DNA from: Hormiphora californensis
Lineage: Eukaryota > Animalia > Ctenophora
Assembly: GCA_020137815.1 (NCBI GenBank)
Contig: CM035362.1
Coordinates: 4,712,001 to 4,776,000 of the forward strand
Length of the DNA: 64,000 bases
Direction: 5' to 3'
The first letter of the stretch is position 1; each line of letters opens with the position of its first letter. Below are positions 13,238 through 23,540 of the stretch, in pieces. The notes under the pieces are model-generated. The model made no database searches. It was not told where the DNA came from and worked only from the letters and a program-made list of their open reading frames with translations. The translations under genes were made by a program, and so were the position numbers.

Positions 13238-13809
13238 CATCTCTCTCTCTCTCTCTCTCTACTCCTCTCTCTCATCTCTCTCTCTCTCTCTCTCTCTCCT
13301 CTCTCCTCTCTTCTCTCTCTCTCTCTCTCAATCCTTTCCCCTCACTCGCAGCCTGTTCGAAGTTCTCATTGTCGTCAATCCCGAACGCCAGACGGGTAGC
13401 TTATTCCAACGAAGATATCGATACAAATGGAAGGGTTGTTATCGGAGCTCAGGCCAAGGTTTACTGTAGCACAACGTAAGTAAAAATCCCTGTCACGTGA
13501 TCCCAAACAGCTGCAGTACAAACAAATAAAAAGACGCCCCGAATTAGAAGATCTCAGGAGATATACCGAGTGTACGAAATCCCTTGACAGATCTCCTGAT
13601 GTCAGCGTCTGATGGCCACAGTGGGGGGTCCGATCCAAACTTTTTATTGAAGGGCATGTGGATCATGATATGCCCGAAAAAAATTAAATTTTCTCTCCAC
13701 ACATTCCAGGTATTACGTGACGTATGACGATGATGCTACCGTGAAAGCGATAATTTGTGGACCTGGAGGAACCTGGCTGAACATCCCAACATGTGAACAA
13801 AGACTCTAA
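6706..13809 (+). CDS. Secreted papain-family (C1A) cysteine protease fused to a C-type lectin domain and three Sushi/CCP domains, 17 exons, ~603 aa
   Basis: Exons 6706-6741, 7071-7181, 7422-7539, 7797-7862, 7999-8103, 8352-8444, 8624-8710, 8804-8944, 9049-9138, 9261-9384, 9517-9716, 9906-10032, 10340-10410, 11304-11436, 11545-11630, 13352-13475, 13710-13809; all phases join (1812 nt). Motifs: signal MTSSSLLLLALTVSSVMSG; DQWSCGSCYGF (Cys 7164-7166), LSRQFIVDC, GCAGG, GPVVV, NSHVMLLTGY (His 8674-8676), RNSYSEYWGDEGY (Asn 8827-8829); CTLD DAQAYC..FWIGI..FTWVDGS..NW..FMC; three CCP repeats ending CTNGQWSAMPTC, CSNGNWTNIPTC, CGPGGTWLNIPTC. Confidence 0.92.
10166..10332. repeat. Intronic degenerate tandem repeat (gaaacctcaaat)n
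   Basis: About a dozen imperfect 12-14-bp units ending at the exon-13 acceptor. Confidence 0.85.
11642..11752. repeat. Short interspersed/tandem repeat tcacgtgatgcccatatatgg (also ~11983, 14710-14792, ~22165)
   Basis: Same ~21-bp CACGTG-containing motif recurs singly or in tandem in several introns. Confidence 0.8.
12404..12517. mobile_element. hAT-type MITE family A, copy 3 (intron 15 of protease gene)
   Basis: Same TIRs; 8-bp TSD caacaaaa/caacaaac. Confidence 0.88.
13104..13329. repeat. (CT)n microsatellite upstream of exon 16 acceptor
   Basis: Direct inspection; source of spurious SL/ER ORFs. Confidence 0.95.
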
Positions 13810-14420
13810 AGGGTGTTATTTTTTTGAAGGATCGTGTTTTGATTTTTGATTTTGAGAGTTGCAATGTCCATGATGATGATGCCCTATTTGAGGGCTGTCA
13901 TAAAACGTGCATGTTTTTGATACCACGCATTCACGAAATAATATATCTTTTGTTTGGTTGCAGTTTTAAAACATTTTATCTCATGCTCACACAATTGGCA
14001 GCGGATATTTTTGGGTAGATCCTGTCAGGCTCATCACCAACACACTAATACATTTCACACCAAAAATGTCACACAAAAGCAAAATGTCACACTCAGTCTC
14101 ATGTCATGATTGTCAAACTCATGTTACAAGCAGGTCACACACTCAAATTCTTATCCTTTTATCCTATAGATCGTATTCCTATTATGGCGGCGAATCTGTG
14201 AAAAGATAAGATTGATTCAAGAACCAATTCTATGATAAAATTCTAAGTTACTAACCCAACATATCTATATAAATAAAAAGAATACTACGAGTAAACCCCC
14301 TCTCCCAGCTCCCCTTCTGTAATATCAGAATCCCCCTCCTTCTATCTTCATCATTCACAGCTTCAGTAAATACCATCCAAACTAGGTACCACAAGCAGCT
14401 ATTTCCCAGGGTACAACAAC

Positions 14421-14537
14421 AAACAATCCCCCTAGATCACGTACAAAAATAAACAATTCCCCCTAGATCACGTACAATGATAAATAATTCCCCCTAGATC
14501 ACGTACAAATATAACCAATTCCCCCTAGATCACGTAC
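14421..14537 (-). repeat. Tandem ~31-bp repeat (x4) containing a minus-strand splice-donor-like GTACGT
   Basis: aattccccctagatcacgtac x4; on the minus strand the first GTACGT lies 3 nt after the orphan gene stop codon. Confidence 0.85.
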
Positions 14538-14540
14538 CGG

Positions 14541-17500
14541 TTAGTTTTTGTAGTAGTTGATGGTGGTAGCCCGGGATTTGAGTCGCTGTGCAAAATGATG
14601 GTTATCTCCAGAGTGCTCCAGGACCTTGAATTGTAAACCTGTGGGGGGGGGGGTTGTTGTTGTTCAACTCTGTTACTATAGTCATTCAGCAATACACGCT
14701 GCGACGTTCTCGTGATGTCCATATATGGCGTGTCACGTGATGCACATATAAATGGTGTGTCACGTGATGCCCATATATGGTGTGTCACGTGATATACCTA
14801 TGAAGTGACGGGAAGGAAGATAGTTTCCCTCGATAGAAGCAGTCCTAGTGTCCATCCTGCAACTATACCTCTCATTTCCCATCGGCCAAGTCTGTAGGAA
14901 AGGGAATTTGGTTGTTAAAATTATTCAGGACATGAAGAGAGCATTATTGCTATGCTGCAGTACAAAGTTTGGTTAAATCAGCCCACTACTTTACTTTTTG
15001 CATCACTGCTATTAATCTCGATATCTCGTTTTCCTATCTCCCTCCCTCCACTAATAAAACAATACCCACCCCACGAAAAAACTACCGTCGTACTCACCAG
15101 TAAAACTACCATTGAACCTTCACTCTGACTCACCAGGTCGGTAGTGGTAAGGACTCCGTCTTTTCCTGCTCCTTCATCAACAACTTCAAAGCAGGTCAAG
15201 GCCTCTCCAAGTTTTAGGGACCTGGCTGGGGAGCTTTCAGGGACGGAACATACTGCCAACTTGAACCTGAAAGGGAGTTATTTAGATTCCATGTCTGAAA
15301 TGGTTGAAATTTCCTAGTTAGAATTAGAGTTTTACTGAACCAAACATATATGTCATACCCAACTCCACCCAAATTAACCCAAATATACACAAATACTTCA
15401 ACACATCACACCTGCACATGAGGATGTTTTTAACGAAGCTAAGGGTAGAAGACCCAGATATAGCCATCCCATCTATAAATATCGCCTCAATGTCCGTAGT
15501 GGGAGAGCCGGGAAAGTTGGTCTTGTAAAAATCATACACCTGACTTCCTGAAATGGGGGGTTAGGAGAGGTCATGGGGGTAGTAGACACGGCTAGGGGTA
15601 TGTTCTGTTAAATGGGTCACATGAAGTAACAGCGACCAGTGTTATACTCAGCTCTTCTTCAATTCTCTCGGAAACGGAGAAGGGTAAGGTGTAGAAAATT
15701 CCATAACACGGTAAAGCTGGAATCTAGTTTACACCAGTGACCAATATATCACTTCAGATAGAATTGAAAAGTTCACCCATGTAATGGTTGATGACGCGTG
15801 TATGTAGGGTGTAAAGTGTATGTCATGAGCTGTGTGTCATGAGATTGAGTGTATTGTTCTGTGGGACACACTGTCGCAGTTGTTACCGCCTACCGGACGT
15901 AACGCGCGAACTGATCATTAGTATGTGACACTTTTGTGCACGCACTTGAAATGCACCTTTCAAGTGCGCGCACGTGCTTTTTGTGAAGATGAACGAGTTT
16001 TAAGCTGACAAGCACTTTGTCAGATTCCCAATATCGAACTACCTTAACGTTGTACTACCTGATCCGTCTATTTTGTTAACCACCCGTTATCTACCGTGTT
16101 TCCATTCGTCCACCTTCCCAAAATCATATTGACAGTGGTAGCAGTGAAGCTGACGACATTATGCCATCCGACATTCATGCCCCGGTCTTTGATAACAAAA
16201 CGAACTTTGAGACTTATCGCCGTGAGGTCGACATCTGGCTGTTAGGTACTGGCTGCCCCAAGGAGAAACAGGCGGCCCGGTTAGCTCTCCAAATGAAGGG
16301 AAGAGCTAAGGAAGTAGCCCTAGGCGTACCCACCGAGCAGCTCAAGTCTGAGAACGGTGTTAAAATCCTCCTCGATGCCATCGAGAAAGTGTTCGGCAGA
16401 GACAAAACTGTTTCACTCTTTTCCGCCATTGAAGCTTTTGAGAACTTTATCAGACCAGCTAATCAGAACATGTCAGATTTTATATCAGAGTTTTCCACCT
16501 CTATGGATCACAAGTGTTAGCCTACAGACTTTTGGAACAATCTAACATCTCCGATGAACAGAAACGACTCCTCAGAACAACCTGTGTTGAAATCAGTCTG
16601 GAATGCATGATCACACAGATGAAGAGGGCGTATGGGGAGACCCTACCCTCAGCTGCTGAAACCGATCAAACCTCTGAAACATTGACTCTAGTTGTCTGTT
16701 ACAATTGTAAGAAGACTGGTCACATTGCCTCTGAGTGTTACAATCGGCGTGGTGCCGTACGGGGAAAACGTGGTGGAGGACGTGGTCAGCGTGGATCTGG
16801 CGGTCGACGAGGTCAGAGTGGCGATGCCACAGGAGTGTACAAGATGAGCGTTGAAACGGACTATGTCTTGTCATTATCTGAGCAAGTGGGACTTCGTGCG
16901 TTGCTGGATACTGGCGCCGCTAAGAGTGTGTGTGGCAGTGATTGGTTGAAGAATTTTGAGAAAGAGTCGTGTATTCGAGTGAGAAGAGAATCATGTGAAC
17001 AGAGAAGATTTACATTTGGTGATTTATCAGGAGTTAACTCTACTATGATTGCTTATATCCCAACTGATATTTTTGGTGTGAAGTTTACTGAGTTTGCGGT
17101 ATATGTTCTTGATATTAACATTCCCCTTCTCCTATCCAGGCACTTATTGAGTCAGATGGGTGCAGTGATTGACTTTGAGAGGGATCAACTCCGTGTCTCG
17201 GGTAAGACAACTACATTACATCTTACTGACACTGGACATGTGACAATTGACCTTAATAAGAAGCTTTCACCCACTACTTTGTTAACAAATTCTTGTTCAG
17301 GGATCTCTCCTCCAGCAATTGCCAAGAAACTCCACAAATACTTTGCTCATGGTTCAGTCTCCAAGATCCAGGATATTGTTAAATCCTCGGATCACCCTCG
17401 AAAGTCTGAGATTTGTCAAGAACTCACCAGGGTCACACAAGAATGTGAAAACTGTCTCGAACACAGTGCATCCAAACCACGGAGGAAAGTAGCTCTACCT

Positions 17501-20500
17501 CTCAGTAAAACATTCAACGAATGTCTCGCTATGGATCTCAAGATGCTGAAGTTCAAGTCTGGAGAATCATGCTGGGTACTTCACATCATTGACACACTGA
17601 CCAGATACAGTGTAATGGTCCCCGTGAAATCAAAAACTGGAACTGAGATCACCCAGAAGTTCTTCACCAGCTGGATTAGCATTTTTGGACGTCCACAGAG
17701 AATTCTCAGCGACAACGGTGGCGAGTTCATCAATGATACCCTACTTGAGATGGCGAGCAGACTTGGAATCGAATTAAAGTCTACTCCAGCAGAAAGTCCT
17801 TGGTGCAATGGGATCTGTGAGAGACATAACAGTATTCTTGGAAAGATGGTTGAGAAGACCAAAGATGACACGAAGTGCAGTATAACTGTAGCTTGTGCTT
17901 GGGCTTCCAATGCGAAGAACCAGTTGACTAACCAGATGGGATTCTCACCACACCAACTCGTGTTTGGGAGCAATCCTACCTTCCCCAGTGTACTGAACGA
18001 TGATTGTTTACCTGCCCATGGAGACCAGAAGAGTGAGGACCAAGTGATTTCAGACAATATCAAAGCCATGAAGACCGCCAGGGAGAAATTCATCCAGCTC
18101 GAGAATGCAAGCAGATTAAAGAGAGCTCTAGCAAGTTCGGGACCAACACAGGATCAGACCACCTACGTCCAGGGAGATAAGGTGTATTATAAACGTGAGC
18201 AACACAAGACCTGGTTGGGACCTGCAACTGTAGTTGGAATGACTGAGAACCAAGTACTGATTAAACACGGCGGACAACTACTAAGAGCACACCCATGCAA
18301 AGTGAGACTGGTACAACAAAGACAAGAACCCCCAGAGGACCAACAACGGAAAGAGGAGTACAAACGAAACGAGGAATCAAGTTCCAAGAGACACGTCCCC
18401 GAGATGCAGACTGCACCGGAAGTGACGACTGATGAAGATGTCCCGGAACCGATAGAGAAATCTAAATTGCAGCCACCGAAGGCTAGCAGAGTCAGACGTC
18501 CAAAGAAGACAGTCCGTGAACCGACCAGAAAATACAATCTTCGGCACAACCGACGACAAACCCCCCCACCAGAGCATCCTGCAGATGAATTACTCATCCC
18601 TAGTGAAACAGATCCCGAAGAGGACACTCCACAAGATGGACACAGTGAGAGTAACATTGAAGAAGTTCCCAGAGAACCTACTTATGCAGAGATAGCCGTC
18701 CCAACCGAGGACCAGCAGGAGGATGAGGCCACAACAAGTGGACCTGTTGTTGTGAGAGTTCCTGAAAGTGAAACCAGCCCGGATACTGAGGATACACCTG
18801 GTCAGAGAGACATAGAGCCAGATCCCACAGAGGACAGCGCCAGACACAATGAGGAAAAGACTGACTCCAATGAGGACACGTCAGCGCCAAAAGAGGATGT
18901 TGCAGAGCCCGCAGAGGCTGCAGCAAAGACCCCAGATCAAGACACAGAGGACTCAGATCCTGATTCTGATGCTGAGGAGATCATTCTTCTTGCCGCATCT
19001 AAACTGGGCAAGGAAGAAGTGCAGACAGCACGAAATAGGGAGATTGACAAACTCCGTGAATTCAATGTTTTCGAGGAAGTACCCGATACAGGACAACAAC
19101 CAGTCACCACCAGATGGGTGATGACTCGGAAAGATGATGGCACAGTGAAAGCCAGGCTGGTGGCCCGAGGATTTGAGGAAAAACTCGAGGACCCAACTAA
19201 CTCACCGACTGTTACTAAACACGCAGTGAGGATCTTGCTAAGTTTGGCAACTACCAGTAACTGGACCCTGAAAAGTGTTGATGTAACCAGTGCCTACCTG
19301 CAGTCAGATAAGATGACAAGAGATGTGTTCATCAAACCCCCAACTTACCTCAAGAGGAAGGATGTACTGTGGAAACTAAATAAACCACTGTACGGTCTTG
19401 GTGACGCGGGAAGAAGATGGTACATGTCACTCACCGCAACTTTGAAAAACACTCTCCAGATGTCAAGAATTGACAAGAATGTATTTTTCACCACTGGAGA
19501 TGACGGGAAACTACAAGGATTACTAGTAATTCATGTGGATGATATTCTTATTACTGGTGATCACAACTTCTACAAGAAAGTTAAACCCGCTCTTGACAAC
19601 TACAAGATAGGAAGAGTTGAAACAACTGAATTCAACTACCTGGGATGGCAGTTGAAACAGCAAGGAATTGATATTTGTGTAACCCAGGAACAGTATTGTA
19701 AGTTTGTCAGAGAGGATATCCTGGACAAGATGAAAGCTGTTAAACCGGTACCACAGAATCAAGAAGAGGTTGATGAGAATCTTCAATCCTATATGAGAAC
19801 GGTGATCGGAAAGTTGAATTGGCTGGCTACCCAAAGTATGCCACAGATCAGTTTCAGTCTCCTTGACATTACGACGAAATCACCCTGGACCGGCAAAGAG
19901 TTCAAAGAACTGAAGAAGATTGTGACCAACCTTTCTCCATCAACGATAACCTTTTCCCCTTTTAACCCTACCTCAGCTGAGATAATTGTTTACACTGATG
20001 CCAGTCTCGGCAACCTTGCTGACAGAAAGAGCGGAGCAGGAGTTGTAGTTTTCTGGGGAGACAGCTCTGATTTCAATTTGATCGCCTACTCGTGTGGCAA
20101 GGTAAAACGTGTAGTGAAGAGCGTCTTTGCCGCAGAATTGTATGCTGTATCTGAAGGATTGGGATATGGAGTGATGATTAAAGCCCTCCTCCAGGAACTA
20201 TCTTTTGACCCTCCCATCAGACTTTTCACAGACTCCGCACAAGTTGTGAGTTTGGCAAACTCCGTCTCAGCCGTACCAACTGATAAGGGAAGCATCTTGG
20301 AGCTACGTGAAGTTCAAGAGAAGGTCGAAAAGGGAGAAGCATCCATCAACTGGGTGGAGTCGAAGTCTAACCCCGCTGATGTACTCACAAAGCGAGGAGT
20401 GAGTCCCAGAGTGATCGAGAGGATGATCTAGTGTGTTTTTCAACCTACTTGTATTTTTTTTAAACTTTATTTCTCCCGTTTAAATATTTTATCGGACAAC

Positions 20501-21498
20501 TGACTTTGTTTTTCTATTCCAGACAAAGACAACATGTACCTTTTCGTATCTCAGTATTTCCACATTGTTAGTTTTTCCCAGTTATCTCTCACTTGTATTG
20601 CTACGACATTGACAAATGACAGTTTTAGCCTTGACACGGTTTGGAACCCTCTCGGCGTCCATTGCCTCATCGGTCTCGAGTTCGGTAAGTCCTTTTGAGA
20701 AAGAAATAGAGGGGAGTGTCATGAGCTGTGTGTCATGAGATTGAGTGTATTGTTCTGTGGGACACACTGTCGCAGTTGTTACCGCCTACCGGACGTAACG
20801 CGCGAACTGATCATTAGTATGTGACACTTTTGTGCACGCACTTGAAATGCACCTTTCAAGTGCGCGCACGTGCTTTTTGTGAAGATGAACGAGTTTTAAG
20901 CTGACAAGCACTTTGTCAGATTCCCAATATCGAACTACCTTAACGTTGTACCACCTGATCCGTCTATTTTGTTAACCACCCGTTATCTACCGTGTTTCCA
21001 TTCGTCCACCTTCCCAAAATCATATTGACAGTGTAAACCCATATGGGCAAAAGAAAGAGGTCCACTTACCCATATAGTTGATGAAGGGTTTCAGGTTAGC
21101 CTGGATAATAGTCCCAATAATGTTCAAGTTGATAGCAACAGGTCCTGGTGAGTTAGGACAGCTCAACTCCATGGTTTGTACCCCCTCACGGGGTGACCCT
21201 GTTCCTTCACCGTTAACCTGATGGGAGGGAAACAACTGCAGAATTATCAAAAAACTTCTCACAGACAACCCGGTAAATTGATGTCCAACTGTAATTATCT
21301 GAGCCACCCCCCGAGAATAGGTTGCAATGCAAATGGAGCCAACCCCCCCCCCGGACTGTTTATACAGATCACTGTTCAACAACTAACCTGAACACATATT
21401 TCGTCATCATAGGAAATCTCCGCAACAATTTTAAACCGGGTTGTACCAGTGAAGAAGGAATCGGCTCGCTCCAATCTGTTCTCGGCCATATTTATCTG
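14541..21498 (-). CDS. Uncharacterised protein (>=262 aa; 5' exons not resolved), one intron holds the Copia element
   Basis: Exons 21498-21388, 21217-21070, 15716-15648, 15547-15412, 15266-15134, 14891-14798, 14638-14541 join in phase: ...QINMAENRLERADSFFTGTTRFKIVAEISYDDEICVQ...PFINYMALPCYGIFYTLPF...EELRSQVYDFYK...RATTINYYKN*. No family recognised. Confidence 0.75.
16161..16520 (+). CDS. Copia gag, N-terminal part (out of frame with the rest)
   Basis: APVFD..FETYRREVDIW..KQAARLALQMKGRAKEVA..FENFIR..MSDFISEF resembles Copia gag. Confidence 0.8.
   Translation: MPSDIHAPVFDNKTNFETYRREVDIWLLGTGCPKEKQAARLALQMKGRAKEVALGVPTEQLKSENGVKILLDAIEKVFGRDKTVSLFSAIEAFENFIRPANQNMSDFISEFSTSMDHKC
16514..20431 (+). 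CDS. Copia gag(C-terminal)-pol polyprotein
   Basis: Zn knuckle CYNCKKTGHIASEC; protease LLDTGA; integrase H..H..C..C, MDL, SDNGGEF, CERHN; RT KARLVARGF, LYGL, HVDD; RNase H YTDAS..AAEL..TDS..NPADVLTK. Confidence 0.95.
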   Translation: MLAYRLLEQSNISDEQKRLLRTTCVEISLECMITQMKRAYGETLPSAAETDQTSETLTLVVCYNCKKTGHIASECYNRRGAVRGKRGGGRGQRGSGGRRGQSGDATGVYKMSVETDYVLSLSEQVGLRALLDTGAAKSVCGSDWLKNFEKESCIRVRRESCEQRRFTFGDLSGVNSTMIAYIPTDIFGVKFTEFAVYVLDINIPLLLSRHLLSQMGAVIDFERDQLRVSGKTTTLHLTDTGHVTIDLNKKLSPTTLLTNSCSGISPPAIAKKLHKYFAHGSVSKIQDIVKSSDHPRKSEICQELTRVTQECENCLEHSASKPRRKVALPLSKTFNECLAMDLKMLKFKSGESCWVLHIIDTLTRYSVMVPVKSKTGTEITQKFFTSWISIFGRPQRILSDNGGEFINDTLLEMASRLGIELKSTPAESPWCNGICERHNSILGKMVEKTKDDTKCSITVACAWASNAKNQLTNQMGFSPHQLVFGSNPTFPSVLNDDCLPAHGDQKSEDQVISDNIKAMKTAREKFIQLENASRLKRALASSGPTQDQTTYVQGDKVYYKREQHKTWLGPATVVGMTENQVLIKHGGQLLRAHPCKVRLVQQRQEPPEDQQRKEEYKRNEESSSKRHVPEMQTAPEVTTDEDVPEPIEKSKLQPPKASRVRRPKKTVREPTRKYNLRHNRRQTPPPEHPADELLIPSETDPEEDTPQDGHSESNIEEVPREPTYAEIAVPTEDQQEDEATTSGPVVVRVPESETSPDTEDTPGQRDIEPDPTEDSARHNEEKTDSNEDTSAPKEDVAEPAEAAAKTPDQDTEDSDPDSDAEEIILLAASKLGKEEVQTARNREIDKLREFNVFEEVPDTGQQPVTTRWVMTRKDDGTVKARLVARGFEEKLEDPTNSPTVTKHAVRILLSLATTSNWTLKSVDVTSAYLQSDKMTRDVFIKPPTYLKRKDVLWKLNKPLYGLGDAGRRWYMSLTATLKNTLQMSRIDKNVFFTTGDDGKLQGLLVIHVDDILITGDHNFYKKVKPALDNYKIGRVETTEFNYLGWQLKQQGIDICVTQEQYCKFVREDILDKMKAVKPVPQNQEEVDENLQSYMRTVIGKLNWLATQSMPQISFSLLDITTKSPWTGKEFKELKKIVTNLSPSTITFSPFNPTSAEIIVYTDASLGNLADRKSGAGVVVFWGDSSDFNLIAYSCGKVKRVVKSVFAAELYAVSEGLGYGVMIKALLQELSFDPPIRLFTDSAQVVSLANSVSAVPTDKGSILELREVQEKVEKGEASINWVESKSNPADVLTKRGVSPRVIERMI

Positions 21499-21502
21499 CT
21501 GT

Positions 21503-21932
21503 TGGGGTGTTACTGGGGGTGTTACTATTGGGGTGTTACTATGGGGGTTGTTGCTGTGGTGCTGCGATTCGGACTATGCAGAGCATATCGCCTGAAACGC
21601 TCCAAGGAGTCTAACTCCCGGCCTAACCAAGTAAAACTTGGGAATTCCCTATCCTACTATGGGGGTGTTACTATGGGGGTGTTACTCTGGGGGTGTTACT
21701 ATGGGGGTGTTACTCTGGGGGTGTTACTATGCCCTATGGGGGTGTTACTATGGGGGTGTTACTATGGGGGTGTTACTATGGGGGTGTTACTATGGGGGTG
21801 TTACTATGGGGGTGTTACTATATGGGGGTGTTACTATGGGGGTGTTACTATGGGGGTGTTACTGGGGGTGTTACTATGGGGGTGTTACTGGGGGGTGTTA
21901 CTATATGGGGGTGTTACTATGGATGTGTTACT
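21503..21932. repeat. Minisatellite (ggggtgttactat)n in two blocks
   Basis: More than 20 copies of a ~13-bp unit; source of the GCYYG/GVTMG ORFs. Confidence 0.92.
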
Positions 21933-22373
21933 CTATAAACTATATCTCCCCCCCCCCCAAATCTCTCGTTTGTTTCTCTCAACCTCCCCTCCTCAAAAAT
22001 AGTATTATCACTCATCATGAAATTGAAACTAAAACCAACCCAAACGTTCAAGACAGGAAAATGCAGCAATAACGCTGCACAGGAGTTACTAATTTCAGTA
22101 ATCTCTCTCTTCTCTATCTCAGTCCAGGGTACCATGATCAGACCCCTTTGGGAGTCCATGGTGTGTCACGTGATGCCCATATATGGGCATAATGGGATAC
22201 CACTTTGCATAATTGCATTCATAACGACAGTGGGGATAATGTGTGAGGATCAGGCAGAGAGAGAGATGAATCTGATGATTATTCCTTCCCATATATATAT
22301 TCCTCTCTCACCAACGGGGAAAATGGAGAGAAAATTATTCCAAATAATTACAGTTGGAACAAGCTAACTATAA

Positions 22374-22492
22374 CAGTCGGACCCCGATTGACGGGGCCCC
22401 GATTTACGGTATTTCACCCCGATATTACGGGCACCCCGATTTACCGGGCAAAACCCTTTCTCCGAGCATCCCGGTAAATCGGTGTCCGACTG
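22374..22492. mobile_element. Tc1/pogo-type MITE family B (cagtcggaccccgattt...)
   Basis: TIR cagtcggac(c/a)ccgat, internal ccccgattta repeats; relatives at ~26819, ~32320-32403, 47522, 47741. Confidence 0.8.
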
Positions 22493-22538
22493 TATTATGA
22501 TTGGTTAGGTTCCATAAATCATAAAATATATCGAGCTA

Positions 22539-22659
22539 TGATCACCTGTATGGCGGTGCCATACCCCATTTTATATATTTGATTCTAAAATTGGGAGATT
22601 CCCTAATCTGAGCGTGCGACAGTGCGCTCAGATAGGTCGCGGCGCCAGACAGATGATCA
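22539..22659. mobile_element. Small TIR element (relatives at ~12960-13020 and ~31137-31210)
   Basis: tgatcacctgtatggcg...cgccagacagatgatca inverted termini; shared core ctgtctggcgccgcgac. Confidence 0.6.
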
Positions 22660-23139
22660 CTGCATGCAGAATTCCTTAATCAATATACTGTGATCCTGAC
22701 ATAATGTAATATTCTAGTATTCCCAAGAACGGTTATTCCTGCAGCACCGCCATATTATAATTCAGCTCTCTCTGTTGAATATGTCATCAAATCAATGCCG
22801 GGGATGCGTGTGTACCGAGCACATTCAAGCAAAATAAATGAAAGGGAGATACTGATAGAGATCAGGGAGAGACAGAGATATATGAAGAAAAAGAGAGGGA
22901 GAGAAAGAGAGGGAGAAAAAGAGAGGGAGATAGAGAAAAGGCTGACGGGTCACAGATAGTTTTCATTTGTGACAAGTCTATCGTGTAGATGACATATCTA
23001 CATGGACAATACATTTTGTACTGGGTATCTTTTGATTCTCTCTCCCTACCTATACTTTTAGTCTCTCTCTACCCTGTATTTTTTATCCTGACCTCAAACA
23101 CAGCCTTGCCACAATTTGACCTGTTTTGGGAAAATCGTA

Positions 23140-23179
23140 TGAGGGAAAGATGGAGAGGGAGAGAGGGAGAGAGGGAGAG

Positions 23180-23242
<63 letters not shown>

Positions 23243-23387
23243 TATGAGAGAGAGGGGGGGAGGGGATGGTTGAGGGTTCCTTTCTTTGCTCTCTCTCTTT
23301 CTTTCTCTATCCTCTCCTCTCCCTCTCTCCCTCTCTCTCTTCTCTCTCTCCTCTCCCTCTCTCGTCTCGTCTCTCGTCTCTCTCTCT

Positions 23388-23425
<38 letters not shown>

Positions 23426-23540
23426 CTGCTCGTCCCTCTCTGCTCTATCTCTCTTCTTCTCTCTTCGCCCTGTTCCCCCCCCTCCCCCCCCCATCGCCCT
23501 CTTTTCCCTCTCCCTTCCTTCTCTTTCTCTTCTTTCCCTT
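23140..23540. repeat. (GA)n followed by (CT)n low-complexity tracts
   Basis: Direct inspection; further CT/GA tracts at 25430-25770, 26313-26520, 37849-37950, 44094-44175, 63105-63180. Confidence 0.9.

Larger units (their letters stand above)
15821..21030 (+). mobile_element. Full-length Ty1/Copia LTR retrotransposon, GalEa-like
   Basis: 314-bp LTRs (15821-16134, 20717-21030; TG...CA; one substitution seen), 5-bp TSD GTGTA, PBS tggtagcag (tRNA-iMet-like) at ~16136, PPT 20697-20716, domain order gag-PR-IN-RT-RH. Confidence 0.97.

Noticed and set aside
12934-13469. ER- and SL-rich ORFs (also 22989-23675, 26231-26458, 43788-44363, 63095-63403)
   Set aside because: Translations of (CT/GA)n microsatellites.
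14525-14788. ORF-track frame VYNSRSWSTLEIT for the orphan gene's last exon
   Set aside because: The upstream intron phase requires the GLQFKVLEH...YYKN* frame instead.
16495-16520. Programmed -1 gag-pol frameshift
   Set aside because: The break is within gag, there is no X XXY YYZ heptamer, and Copia elements usually have a single ORF; mutation or error is more likely.
21322-22072. GCYYG/GVTMG repeat-protein ORFs
   Set aside because: All three frames are open across a 13-bp minisatellite; the real exons nearby are on the opposite strand.
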